From: Zygnema circumcarinatum SAG 698-1b
Lineage: Eukaryota; Plantae; Zygnematophyceae
Length of the DNA: 64,000 nt
Reading direction: 5' to 3'
Assembly (NCBI GenBank): GCA_037447605.1
Contig: CM074804.1
Coordinates: forward strand, 5,991,909-6,055,908
Shown here piece by piece: positions 13,013 to 25,351 of the stretch (position 1 is the stretch's first letter; each line of letters begins with the position of its first letter). Both the position numbers and the translations under genes were made by a program. Below the pieces are notes generated by a model, which was given only the letters and a program-made list of their open reading frames with translations, made no database searches and was not told the DNA's origin.

Positions 13013-16000
13013 TCACATAACTACGCACTGCGCATCCGAATCCCCTGCACTCCTGTCCAGCCTTACTCCATTTTTGCTGCTGTCTTTGCCCTTCTTCTCC
13101 AACTGAGGCGGTGAGAATGTGATTGTCAGGCGAGTACTGGGAAGCCGCTGCATCCAACGGCCCATACGCCCCCAGGATTCCGGGAGATTGGCACAGCCCT
13201 TGATGTCCACCCGGGTCAAAGCCTTTAGGACGCCCAAACATTCTAGCGATGTAAGGCCTGAATCTTGAATCTCCACTTCCCGGAGGGCCCCCAGATGGCC
13301 GAATGATGGTGGGAGCTCAGAGAGAACAGGGAGGCCAAGCAGGCGGAGGGAATGGAGGGAGATTAGACCTCCGAAGGACCTTGGCAGGGATACAAATTTC
13401 GAACAGTGCTCAATGCGGAGGTCATAAAGGCAGATCAAGTGCCCAAAAGAGTCAGGTAGAGTGGTTAGCTGAGCTGAGTGGACGGAGAGATGCTGAAGAG
13501 CGGAGAGATGGCCAAAGGAGGAGGGGAGGGCGGCAATGGGAGTCCCCCGGATAGCCAGTGACTGTAAACTTGACAAGAATGGGAAGGAGGGAGGGAGCAC
13601 AGTAATCGAGGCACACTCGCGGACGCGGAGAGTCTCAAGAGCAACCAAACCTCCCATGGAGGACGGCAAGCAGCTAAGTCGGCGACAGTCGGTAATTTCG
13701 AATGATGTGAGGGAGGTCAGCTGCCCAAAACTTTCCGGAAGCAACATCAACGAATCGCACCATTGCACTTTCAGAAACTCCAAGGAGTGAAGTCTGCCGA
13801 AAGATTCTGGGAAAGTAACAAGCCTGTCCGCCGACTCAATCTCCAAGTATTTCAAAGCTGTTAGGTAACCAAATGTACTGGGAAGGCACACAAGGTCCCC
13901 CACTCCTGCCAAAACCAAAGATCTGAGGGAGCTTAGCTCGCCAAACGAGTCCGGCAGACATTCCAATCCCCGCAATCGAAGGGTCAGGGAGTCCAATGCA
14001 CCGAGTCGACCAAAACTGTCGGGTAATTCAATAAGACGTGCGCAGTCCACCACCTCTAACAGGGCCAGTTTCTTCAGACGACCGAAGTCATCCGGTAGCC
14101 CTTCCAATGACTGACAGTTGATGATTCTTAGCTTGCGGAGGGCTGACAGTTGGCCGAGCGACTCTGGAAGATGGAGGAGGGAGCTGCACCGCCAAATTTC
14201 AAGCACCTCTAGAGAGGACAATAGGCCGAAAGAATAGGGGAGGCTGGCAAGGCGAGGGCAGTGCAGAAGCTGGAGGGTCTGAAGACCTGAAAGTCTTCCA
14301 ATAGAGTTTGGGAGAATTTCAAGGCGATGGGCGTCTTTCATTATCATTGAGTTGAGAGTGCACAGCTTCCCAATGCTGCGCGGAATCTCTGCCAACTGAA
14401 CGCACTTACTAAGCTCCAAGTGTCGCAAGGACGTCCAATGGCCCATATTCTCAGGCAGAGCCTGCAGGGCAGGACAGTTGAGGAGTCGCAGCTCCTCCAA
14501 GGACCCAAGTTCCATTACAGAGGGCGGGAGGAAGGCCAAGTCACGACACTGTCTAAACTCCAACACTTGAAGGTGGGAAAGAAGTCCAAAACATTCGGGA
14601 AATACCGCCACATTCTGACAGCTGGTCGTCAGCGACTGCACTCCTGCAGTACGGTAAATGGGCAAAGGAAATTCTCCTTCACTCCACCCAAGTTCCAGTC
14701 TTCGCAAGTGGGGGAAAATGTGCCCGTCGATTCCCACCTTCTCAATCTCCTCCCCCTGCCCACTCGACGCTAACCTCTGCAGCACCCGGAAGCCAACCAA
14801 CTTGATAGTCCGCAAGGATGTCAACCTGCAGATTGTGGCTGGGAGCTGGGTAAGCCTCTCACAGTTGCTGATTTCTAAATACTCAAGAGCCGTCAGCTTT
14901 CCAATGGATGCTGGCAGAGAAGTGAGGTTGGAGCACAAGCTAATCTTCAGACTGCGAAGCTCTGAGAGCAGGCCAATGGATTCTGGGATGGCCAGAAGGC
15001 CCCGGACTTCTACAAGGCTGAGAGTTTTCAACGCCTTCAGCTCTCCCAAACTTTCTGGCAGAGATTTCACTCGCCGACATACGTCCAATTCAAACACCTC
15101 CAGGTCAAAAAGAAGGCCCATAGAGCCGGGGAAGCCGGCAACAAGGTCTGATTGGATGCGTAGCTCACGCAGGGAATTGAGGGTGCCTATAGCGGGTGGT
15201 AAAGCTTGGGGCTCCATTTTCGCTCCCGGAGTGCGGGGAACAGGGCCCGGACTGGAAGCAAGGACGAGAGTTCGGAGTTGAGGACAAGAAGTTTTCAGGT
15301 TGGCACAAAAGGAATTGGAGCAGACAAAGGCAGGGACTTCCAGAAATGTGAGGTTAGGAAATCGGTGGAGGAGAGTGAAGACCCCGCCTCTCCCGCTGTA
15401 ATTCACATTGTCGTTCAACCGCAGAGTCGACAAGCCATCGTTCGCCAACAGTGCCCATCGTTTACAGACTCGAGTGCAGCTGAGCCAGTCCTTGATAGAG
15501 TGGAGGCAGGAAATAACGGCGGTTATGCACTCGTCTGGCAAGTCCATGATGTGCATCGCCATGGCCCGCCCTTTGCTGGGTGTGGAGGTGGGAGAGCGCC
15601 ACTGCGAGCGCGGACTGCTGCTGTAGCTGCTGTTTGTGCTGTTGCTGCTGCTCCCCCCCGAGCTTGCGGCAAAGCTGTAGCTGAAGCTTGAGCTCAGACT
15701 TGCCGCCGAACTTTTCCGGCTCAAAGAGGTGTTCGCCTGCGGCTTTGATGCTTTGGGGGCTGTTCCGCATCCGTACAAGAGGGCGCTGCCTCCCGAGCTG
15801 CGGCCCCCTCTCGTGGTTTGATCGGCAACGGAGTCAGGTTCACCTGCACAGGATAGAGCACCCGAAATTTCAGGTAAGCAAATGAAGGGAAGAGAAAGAA
15901 ACGATACTCACGATACTTGTCCTTTCGTAGAAGAAGAGCAGCAGCCTATTTAGAAATATCAGAGAGAAAAGATGGAGATATTTCACAAGAATCTCACCCT

Positions 16001-17100
16001 TGGAGGGACCGCCTCCGATGGACGGCACCAGAAGCTTGAACTCTTTCACCTTCATGTTTGGGGGCAGGGCATTGACAGTCTTGGTATCTTCCAGACGTAC
16101 AGCTTTCTTTGCAAAATCTGTTCAGAGAATCAAGTTCCTATGGTCAGAAGCCTTCGAATGACATAGGAGGGTGGCATAGAACTGCTACATGATTAAAAGT
16201 ATCAAAGTTGACGACTGCAAGAACAAGCATACGATGTGTCAAAAAATGGCAAGAACATCCATTGATCGAAGGGACGTGAGAGAGGGGGAAAATGAGAAGG
16301 GCGAGATTGAAAGAGTAAGAGAAGGGCAGACCTGGCAGCTCAAGCTGAGGCACATCAGATTCCTCAGAGTCTTGCGAGAGGTCCACTTCAGAGTAATCTT
16401 CGATCGATGAATGCGTTGAAGTTGGCTCTGAGACTCATGGCAAAACCAACAGAAGTTAGAAAGAAGCGACAAAAGCAGGAAGGCAAGGAAGACACGCGAT
16501 GAAATCTGTAGTCTGTCTGCGGAAAACTCAAACTGACTGTTGTTACAAGCAAACAGACTCGAGAAGGATACATGTAACAGCAGTTGCGAAGTCAGTGCTC
16601 ACCTCTTGCAGTAGCCCTCTGTGTTGCCGAATTGTGGGACCCATCCTTAAAAGAATGTCTGAGGCCATCCATACTGACTGCCCTCAGTATTCGACTACCG
16701 ACTCGCGTCTGGGCGTCTCCATTCCCTCCACGCCGATCCTCTGCCACGCACAAAAGAAGAGCAAATCGCCCTCATGGGTACAACTTGCAACCTTAAAGCC
16801 GGCATAGCCAGTCCTAGCTGTAGCTGTCTCTGGTTTTGCATGTATGCACCTCGATGAATGTATGTGCACATGCTTATACATGTTTATGTATCCTACCTTG
16901 CTCTGAGGGCTTCTGATGTCTGATAGGTACAACCCTTTCCGGCTGCCACTCATTGACAAGACTAGGTTTTTTTATTCGACGAGCGAAAGTTGGAGATTCA
17001 GCCGGCAATTCAGCCGGCAAAGGCCTTCCTACTGAGGAGTGCTCCTCGGATGTCGATTCATCCTGGATAGTGTCATCTGCGTTCTCATAAGAAATTCCGC
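13013..17100 (-). CDS. F-box protein with ~27 NLR-type 24-aa LRRs and C-terminal CaaX (CVVM*); start codon unresolved
   Basis: The 2831-nt terminal exon (13013-15843, phase 1) contains F-box MDLPDECITAVISCL...VCKRW, repeats LPxSFGxLxxLxxLxIxxCxxLxx, and ends TGC GTA GTT ATG TGA. Four upstream open phase-1 exons (about 15998-16118, 16329-16425, 16603-16740, 16897-17100) join in frame and encode a low-complexity N-terminus. Confidence 0.88.
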
Positions 17101-19727
17101 CTGCATAACAAAAGAACTGTCAGTTTGTTAGCTTATGAACCGATGTTACTCTAAGTCCACTTAAGCGGGCAATAACGTATGTCAGGATGTTCCTAACAAT
17201 TCAAGAACAGCAAACCCTACCACCTCTTCCACCTGCTCCCACCACGCACAAGTAAACTAGTTTACTGATTCTTCTAATTATGCGTATCTCAAAGGTCAAC
17301 CTCAGAACCCTAATTGCAGTCAAAGGAGGACCATCAACCCAAGAGTTTAATCGCAGCTTACTTATGGAAGTCCGGCCCACTTTGTTCCGCAGGCCCAGAG
17401 TAGGAAGGGGGCTCTCTCCAAGATGTTTTTTGGCATCAAAGCTGCCCCAACGTTTGTAGGCTCTGCAGAACCGTCGTAGCAAGTTCGCAGACCGTCACTC
17501 GACAGGGACAGCATTTCAAACTTGGACAATATCGATGGCACGTCTTGGATGCAGTTTCAGATTCACCTACAAGCATTCTGATAATGACTACAGGCTGACG
17601 TCCGACATACTAAAAATATCAATGAAGCACATTGTCTGGCTTAAGGGGCACACTAATAGTGTTCCAGCTATATTTTCCCAAAGACTGCTAACTGCACCAG
17701 TTAACTTCGTTTCTTCGATACGACGGACTCCGACACTGGAAACCCTTTCACGTCATGCAAAAATGTGGAGAAGAGTTATGTCACAGGCAGTCGCAGTGAA
17801 GACGCCAAGCCATGACTTCAAAAACAGAGACCCACACAGCCCTAGACAATGCAGGACACGCCCTCTCCTCTGCATTTTGCTAAAAGCGGCTACATCCCCG
17901 CGAAAAATGAACAGTGCAGCCACCTTCCAAACTGCAAGAAAGACGACGCGCTTATGTCGCGGAGAGACGCATGCTCAGCCATGCGCCTCCCCCATCCTTT
18001 CGCACGAGGCTCAGTCCGCCCCATTACGCCTGTTACCAGAGATCGTCACAGAAACACAAATCTAGGGACCTCTTGCGGCACACATAGCGATCAAAATCTC
18101 TAAAAAGTTGAGCCAGCCGCTGATGAGCTAGTCCCTCTGCCTCAGGACGACTTTGAAAGGCGCCTTCCCTCCCTCATCCCTCAGGCCCTACGAGCAGGCA
18201 AAGGAATTGGCAGCGGAGATAGACCTCTGCTGAACAGCCATGGATCGAAGCCTTCAAAGACAGCAGCCTCCCGGCAAGCATGCTCCTGCGCGCCACGTGT
18301 CCGCTCACTCGGCCGCAGCAGCAGCCCGCAACCGCCCCGCCTCGTCGCGTCTCGCCTCCCTCCCTCCCTCTCTCTCTCCCTCTCTCCCACTCTGCTCTCC
18401 TCTCTCCCTCCCTCCCTCGCCGCGCGACAGTCGACGCTGCCGGCCGGCGCCTGTCGCCCGCCGCGCCGGCCACCGGCTGGGCGGGCAGGGGGGCGGGCGG
18501 GCGGGCGGCAGGCCCAAGCCGGTCCCATGTTTCCGGGCGCCGAAAAAAAATTCTTTCGGGCAGGTAGAATCAGCAGCTCCTGGGGCCGTACAGCGGCCTT
18601 GATGACATGGAGGCGCACTCTCGTACACCTGTACGACTGCTCGTACCTTCGCCGACGGCCACCGACAGAATGATGACGCTCGCAACTGGACAGGTGGGCG
18701 CTGCCGCCCGGCGGCGCCCTCATTGGGCGGCGGGTCGCGGTCGGGCGGCAGGCGGCGCGCGCCCATTGGCTGGCGAAGGGGCGCCTCCCGGCCGGCGGAA
18801 GCGCGCTCCGCACCGGACTCGGCGGGCGGCGCGCAACGCGACAAGCCTGCACGGGGCAATCTTTGTCGCGTTGAGGACCTCGCCGTGTGCCGTACAGTGG
18901 CGGGCGTAACCGCCGCAACCGTCGCCGTACGGCCTGTGCGCGCGCGCGGGCGGGCGAGCAGGCGCTGGCAGCAGGGCGAGGGCGAGGGCGGGCCCGGTCG
19001 GTCGGTCTGTCCTGTCTGTCCTGCCTGTCCTCGCCGCCGCTCGCGGAGGCGCAGCTTCCTAGAAGTGCGGGTGCGCCGTACTGCTTTACCGTACATGCTC
19101 GCCGGGCCGGGCCGGGCGGCAGCGGCTCTTTGTCGGCAGGGGCTGTACGGGACTGCCGCGCTGGCAGGCACCGGGCAGGTCAGCGCCGCCGCGTGACTTT
19201 ATTCCGAGCACGGCCCCGTTTTTTGAGAGGGGCAGCAGCAAACAAACAACCAACACTTTACTTTATCGAAACGGAAGCCCTGGCCGGCCTCGGAGGGGCG
19301 GGCGGGCCGGCGCCCTCTCGTCGTCCATCCATCCGTCCGTCCGTCCGTCGTCGTCGTCGGGTCGGGCGGCAGCGCATGGATGGCGCATGGCTGGCGCATG
19401 GTCACGGCCCCGCGGCACATGCCGCTGTGACGTGACAGTCGGCCCTCGCCTCCAGTCAGTCCAGTCCGACGCGCCACGCACGGCACGGCATGGCACGGCA
19501 CCGCCCGCCCGCCCGCCCGCCCGCCCCTCGTCGACTGTGTGGCCTTCCGTCCGGCGGGCTTCTCTCCCTCTCTCCCTCCCTCCCTCCCTCCCTCCCTCCC
19601 TCCCTCCCTCCCTCTCTCCCTGCGCGCGGCGTTCCCGGCATGACACGACGTGGCGACCTGACCTCCCCGCCCGCCTGCCCGCCTGCCTGCCGCGGCGAGC
19701 CGCGCTGTTGTTGGTGTTGTTGTTGTG

Positions 19728-19771
19728 CATGTACATTTGATGGCATCATCGCCATCGTGAGATCTATGCCA
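19728..19771. repeat. Dispersed motif, copy B (44 bp, 3-nt insertion)
   Basis: CATGTACATTTGATGGCATCATCGCCATCGTGAGATCTATGCCA aligns to copies A and C. Confidence 0.8.
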
Positions 19772-20435
19772 TTTCCATTTCCTCTTTATTTAAATACTTG
19801 CGATGACCCAGCTATCGAAGTTCAGAAGGACTACAAAGGTCGACGATGTTGCAGAAAGAATGGAAGAAATGAAACGCTTTCTGCATACTTCGCAGAGAAA
19901 TGAAGGTTGGCAGCGTCACTCAATCGCGAACAAAGGATGAGTTCCTTAAAAAAAACAGTGCAGCTTTATTGCAAAACTAGTGATGGTGAAGCCATTAGGC
20001 GAGGAAGTGGTGCCGCCGTACAGGTAATTCGTTGGTGGAATCAGCCCCAAACAACATGTGCGTGGTCAAGAGCATGACCGACACAGACACCAATCTGCAC
20101 TGAAAGGTGCAGGCACATGCGCGTTCTTGGGACATGTCTAGGTACAAAATGGACAATATGTTTACTTCTTTACCGTATCGTTCCTTTAATGTGCTGTCTC
20201 TCTCGCCCTCACTTCACTTCCCTCTCTCTTTATCCCTATTCTTCACTCTCCTCTCCACTTTATCCTCCCCCTCCCCTTTACTCTATCTCACTCTCGTTCT
20301 CTCTCTCCCTCTTTCTCTCTGCTCTAACTGGTCGTTTGGCGCCTCACCTATTCGTCATGGTGCGACGCAGTCCCTATAATGCGACTTGGATGCACGCCGA
20401 AGGCACATGGACAGATGGCTCTCTAAGCACGACAC

Positions 20436-20436
<1 letters not shown>

Positions 20437-20490
<54 letters not shown>
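20437..20490. repeat. (CCGAGA)9 hexanucleotide microsatellite with degenerate tail
   Basis: Nine perfect units read directly, followed by cccaga-cacaga-cccaga. Confidence 0.95.
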
Positions 20491-20492
<2 letters not shown>

Positions 20493-21025
20493 CAGACACA
20501 GACCCAGACTGAGGCATAAGCCAAGATTGTTTTTTACGCCTGTCCGTCCTCTGTCCTGTCTGTCCTGTTCTTTTTCATATTTGCATGCCGCCCTTTCCAG
20601 CTTGCACATCACTCATCCTACAGTCGCAAGATTCCTCACGCATGATAAGGAGATAGATTGAAGTATATCACAAACATAGGTATTCCTTGTGTTCCTTATT
20701 CTAGCTTCCAGCTAGAGGAATACCTCAATGGAAAGAGTGCTCTGGACATGAAGGACTTGCCTTACCATTGCTATTAGTTCAGGACGAGTGCGCACCAAAA
20801 ACATACTGATGCTACTTCACAAAATGAAATTCACACTCATATGCCGTCCAGACTGGCTCACAGAATTATCACTTAAACAAAACTACCATCAATCGAGCTG
20901 AGCAATTAGGTTGCACCACGCAGCCACTCTGACCTACAGACGCATCAAATGCAACCCCTTTCCATGCCTCGTATTTTCAACATGGCGCTTGTATTTACAG
21001 ATGTCTTCTAAAACAGGTAGTGAAT

Positions 21026-23777
21026 TTACTCATACAAATTTGGGTTGGCCTTGTTAAACGGCACCCGGCTGGGGCCCATGCTTTCAGCAAGTTCCTCTTC
21101 CAAAAGCTGGAAGGGCTCAACATATGGGGGATTGCCTCGATTCGCCTGTCCAGAATGAATGAATAATTGACCAAAATACTGCAACCACGAGTCAAAACAG
21201 ATATTCAACACAATAAGCGGACAAATAGAAAAGCTCCTTTTAGATAGATGTATGCAAGCAAGTCTCTTCTAAAACAGACAATCCCGAAGTATCCAGCACT
21301 CGGGAAGTTAAGCCTAAAGAGTCTTGAAATGGCAAATGAAAATTTACAATATGCCACATGTCCAAGTGATAGCAGCAACCGACCAGGACGCGCACTGGTT
21401 GACAACAACTGAACATGGACAATTTCCCCTTCTTTTGATACTCCGAAGCTTGCACAATGCCATATGAGCGCCTATTCAGCCTTCATTCCATTTTAACTTC
21501 TGAGTGATTCAAATCCAAACGAACGATTTTCTGCTACTGTTGTTGTGCTAATACATCTCTATTGATGCAGTCTGCTTTCAAATTTCCAGATCTTTCATTA
21601 TGACAGAATAAGTACGAAGAATGCTTCCCCACACCCATCTCCAGGTCCATATGCTTCTTTTTGTTTATTACACTATATAATCAATGTCCCGGTAACTCTT
21701 GGTTACAGCTCTGGACGGGGGATGCTCGCAGCAGACACTAATAAAGGGGGAAGACGACAGTGCGCAGAAAACTAATGTCTTTGCTTCCAAGTGGGGCTTG
21801 CTGGACTGTGCATAAAATGTCAAGTCAGTTGACAGAATTTTAGACCAGATAACTGGAAATCATTCTTGATCAAGGATTCACCTACCCAGACGCGATGTAA
21901 GACCAATAGAAGTATTGAAACTAGGCAAAGGGCTGATAGTTGGGAAGTGAAAGAGCCTCTGGAAATGAATTCCCCGATCTAAATAAACCCAAAAGTTGAC
22001 TGTATATACAAAAAAATTCAAACGAAATGAAAATTATTTAAAGGGGAAAGTGTGGTTGAGTAATATCTTCTACTTGATGTAATTTTTGTGATTTCTTCAG
22101 ACCAAAGCTAGCCTTCATTCCCCAAACCCTATCTAGTGCTATGACCATAAATCCCCAAAGCATGCCTTCGGATGGCCCTGCTCATCTCCATAGCAAACAA
22201 AACCCTGTATTGCCTCACCAAGGCTTTGACTCCATAAGTTTCCCAAAGCTTCTCCCTAGCGTTTATTCCGCTGGCGCACCCTAAAACTACGCCTCTGTTT
22301 CATCACACTCTCTTCCAACATTACCTCTTAAAACGGTTCCTTGACATGTCTAAATAAACTATGCCTTCCAATTCCCATGCTTGCAGTGAACATCCAAACC
22401 TCCAAAAGGTCATGATTATGCTCGTTCTGAAATTGATGCATCATAAGCCTTTCGTGCACATTGCCATCTACAAAACCAACTCCCCCATCGCCTTCCCGCA
22501 AGTAAGCAAGATCTACAGGTACAGAACATATGACATGGTCCTCTTACCAAGTAGATTGCAACAAATATGCCAACCGTCGACAGAGCGAGAGGCAAAAATG
22601 CCAGTGGAAATGTTCCACCCAACTTTATCAATTCCCAAGCTCTCGCTGGTAAGCCCTGCAATTTCAAAACCAAAAGCCTTCCCCCACAAAACATCAATAT
22701 ACAACATGTTTCTGCTTATAATCTCAGCCGTAATCGAAGAAGAGGCTTGATATATTTCATCCTCGATGTGGAAATTCCTTAACCTTCAAAACAAGAATGA
22801 CATATAATGCTTGTCGATGGGCTGTTTATGTGGTCCAAAATGATTTTCGGAAAACGTTTTTCTTTCTCATGAGCACATGGAGTGCACGGTCAATTATGAT
22901 GAACTTTGAGCAGCAACATGCAACATGTCTGACAGGCTCAACCTTCCATACTAGGGCTTCATACTTCGACACTTTGCAACACACCTCCAAGCCTTCGCTA
23001 TTTAAAGATCTTGACTTTTCCAACTGAGATGCAGTTGGTGCTTTTTCGCTAGCCCAGCGCGGGGGGCTCTTGACGCTGCTCCTGCTCTCACTTGAGCCTT
23101 CACTACCCCTGCTGGCATCACCCGCAGTGGCACCTCCAGCAGCTGCAGACATCCCCTCTACTGAAGTCTTTTCGCCCCCCTCAGCATCTTCTCTGATACT
23201 AATTCCGCGCTTCCGGAGCTCCTGCATAAACAAAGACTCAGGGGAATTTCCTCCGTCTGGACCAAAGGACAGAAGATAAATAACCATGAAAATACATCAA
23301 GATTGGGAGGACGTGTAGCCTTGCCACGCATTTCATCAACCATTCATGAATCAATATAGAAAGAATGCGATTGAAGATCGATACAAAATCACGATGTGTC
23401 AACAACGAACAAAAACGCAACGTGCATCAATAAGCTGTAGTTGGATGTTCCACCTGAGCTCCTGTCGCCACGCGGCTCATTCTGCTGCATCCTAACGCCT
23501 CTGAACCAATTCCTGCAAAACACGCAGTACAAAAACGCCTCAAACGCATAATTCTAAACATTCCGCTTCTCTTCCAAAAGGGAAACGGTAGCGAGGACGA
23601 ACTTGTCCTTAGAACTGTGCTAGAAGCATACATCTCTCTCGTGGCCCTGCGCTTTCCCTGGTGCGGAGCTGACTCTCGTCGGTGAGACTCAGATCCCCGA
23701 TGAGGTTTGGGCCGTTCCAGTCTGGGCACAAAGAAGCGCGCGGAGCATACGGCCGAGGTGACAGTTGAGGCCGCCAT
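21026..23777 (-). CDS. Plastid-targeted small membrane protein, At1g50020-like
   Basis: Transit-peptide-like MAASTVTSAVCSARF. Exons give NSPESLFMQELRKRG, QLEKSRSLNSEGLE|GLPARAWELIKLGGTFPLAFLPL...IYL|YFGQLFIHSG...PPYVEPFQLLEEE...*, matching the recalled SPESLFMKELKRRG / NSEGLEGL / PPYIDPY motifs of this family. Confidence 0.8.
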
Positions 23778-25351
23778 GGCGGGGAGTCACCAAGCCTGTC
23801 TTCCTGCCTTGCCTGCCTGCCTGCCTGCCTATCGAACGCCTCTCCCCGCGTTGGAGGTCCGGGCCGTGCCGCGGGGCACGTGCCCCTCGTCATGCCCCTC
23901 ACGCCAGGTGAGGGGCATGGTAAGTAGGCTGTCAGAGCCTTGACTCGACGTGACGTGACTCTTACTGAGAGTTTCCGGCAAGTCGCGTCCCTCGTCCGCC
24001 GTGCCTCCAACACGAGTGCATGCATGCATGCACGCATGCGGCGCGCCATGTTTCATTCGCTGCTGCTGCTGCTGCTGCTGCCGCCGCCGCCGCCTGCCAG
24101 AGAAAGAGAGAGGGCCAGCCGCGTTGCTTGTGGTGCATGCCTCTCTCTCTCCCTTTCTGGCCGGTGGGTTCCTCGTGGTTCCCCATGTTGTTGTTGCGCA
24201 TGCATGAGACACGGCAGACCACACGCAGGCAGGCCAGGTCCCGTCACTCCCGTGACTCCCGCAGGTCTCCGACCTCGATTCGGCGCTCGCGCGCTCGAGT
24301 GTGAACGGAACCGTACAGCACATTGTAGCAGCGCAACCGCGGGCCCGGCCGTCAGGGAGGGTCCGCCTCTCTGCACGCTGCAGGCTGCAGGTTGCGGGCT
24401 GCGCTCGTCCTCCGTTACCCTAATTCTGCGCTTCGAGAGCCTGCGCTGCCCTGACCTGCTGTGGACGCTGCTGCTGTTGCAGAAGATGCTGCTGCTGTTG
24501 CAGAAGATGCTGCTGCTGTTAGAACTGGAAACTGCAGGCACTGCCGCTCGCCATGGACTCAGATGAGCGCCTGCTTTAGCGCAAAGGTTGCAGGGATCGC
24601 GTATCTTCAGTGGTTAGCTTCAGGTGCTTGAGCGAGAAGGCAGCAGATTAGCAGGACGTGTGTTTCTGGGAAGCGACAGGGTAGTGTCGGGGGTGGTTGT
24701 TGGTGTATTTATTGGAACGTTGCTCCATTGGTTGACAGGTAATGCCTTTTGCTGAATAGGTAAGGGTGGAAGAGGCTATGGAAATCAAAGATGCACGTAA
24801 TAGCCTTTGTCCACCAGACCACATGAAGTTTAGCTCATTTGAATTCCTAATGGCTCTGATGCTTTTCAGGGCATGGTGAAATATCCAATAAACGCAGTGA
24901 ACGCAATGAAAGCAATGAAAGCAATGTGATTTGCATGGCAACCATTTTTGACAGATCAAACAAGCTAGTAGATATGATCCCCGTTATCTTGAGAAAACTC
25001 GTAGGTCATGAGCGCGGTCGTTTGGAAAAAGGGCGACATTGGTTGATGAATGTTTTATTATAATAGCCATAGCCTATTAGTGTCTCTTCTCAGAATAAGG
25101 CAGACAATCCAACGAATCTCGGATAAGATAACCAAGTGTTGTAGTTTTTTTTTTTTTTTTTGTAAACTCTTAATAACAGAGTTGTCGAAGGCCTTTCTAT
25201 TTTTAATCGTTTCTATTGATTCTAAACGAACTGCATTGAATGTGGCGGGATTGTCTTAATTTCGGGGCGCATGAAAGCTGATCTTGGGTTGGTCTTGCTT
25301 TCCTGCGTGGAATCTATGCAGGTACAAGTGTTTGAAGTATATCGGTAGACC

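Noticed and set aside
15900-15950. Possible exon giving a Rab-like GGCCSSS C-terminus for a separate upstream gene
   Set aside because: No GTPase motifs upstream. Skipping this segment joins the upstream exons in frame to the F-box-LRR exon.
18600-18700. TGATGA C-box-like motifs suggesting a C/D snoRNA (also at ~1604)
   Set aside because: No downstream CTGA D box or terminal stem at a suitable distance.
18174-19903. Many long overlapping ORFs in all six frames
   Set aside because: Expected from stop-codon depletion in very GC-rich DNA; the products are R/P/A/G low-complexity. The same applies at 11.2-11.9, 23.6-24.5, 39.0-39.6 and 41.3-42.3 kb.
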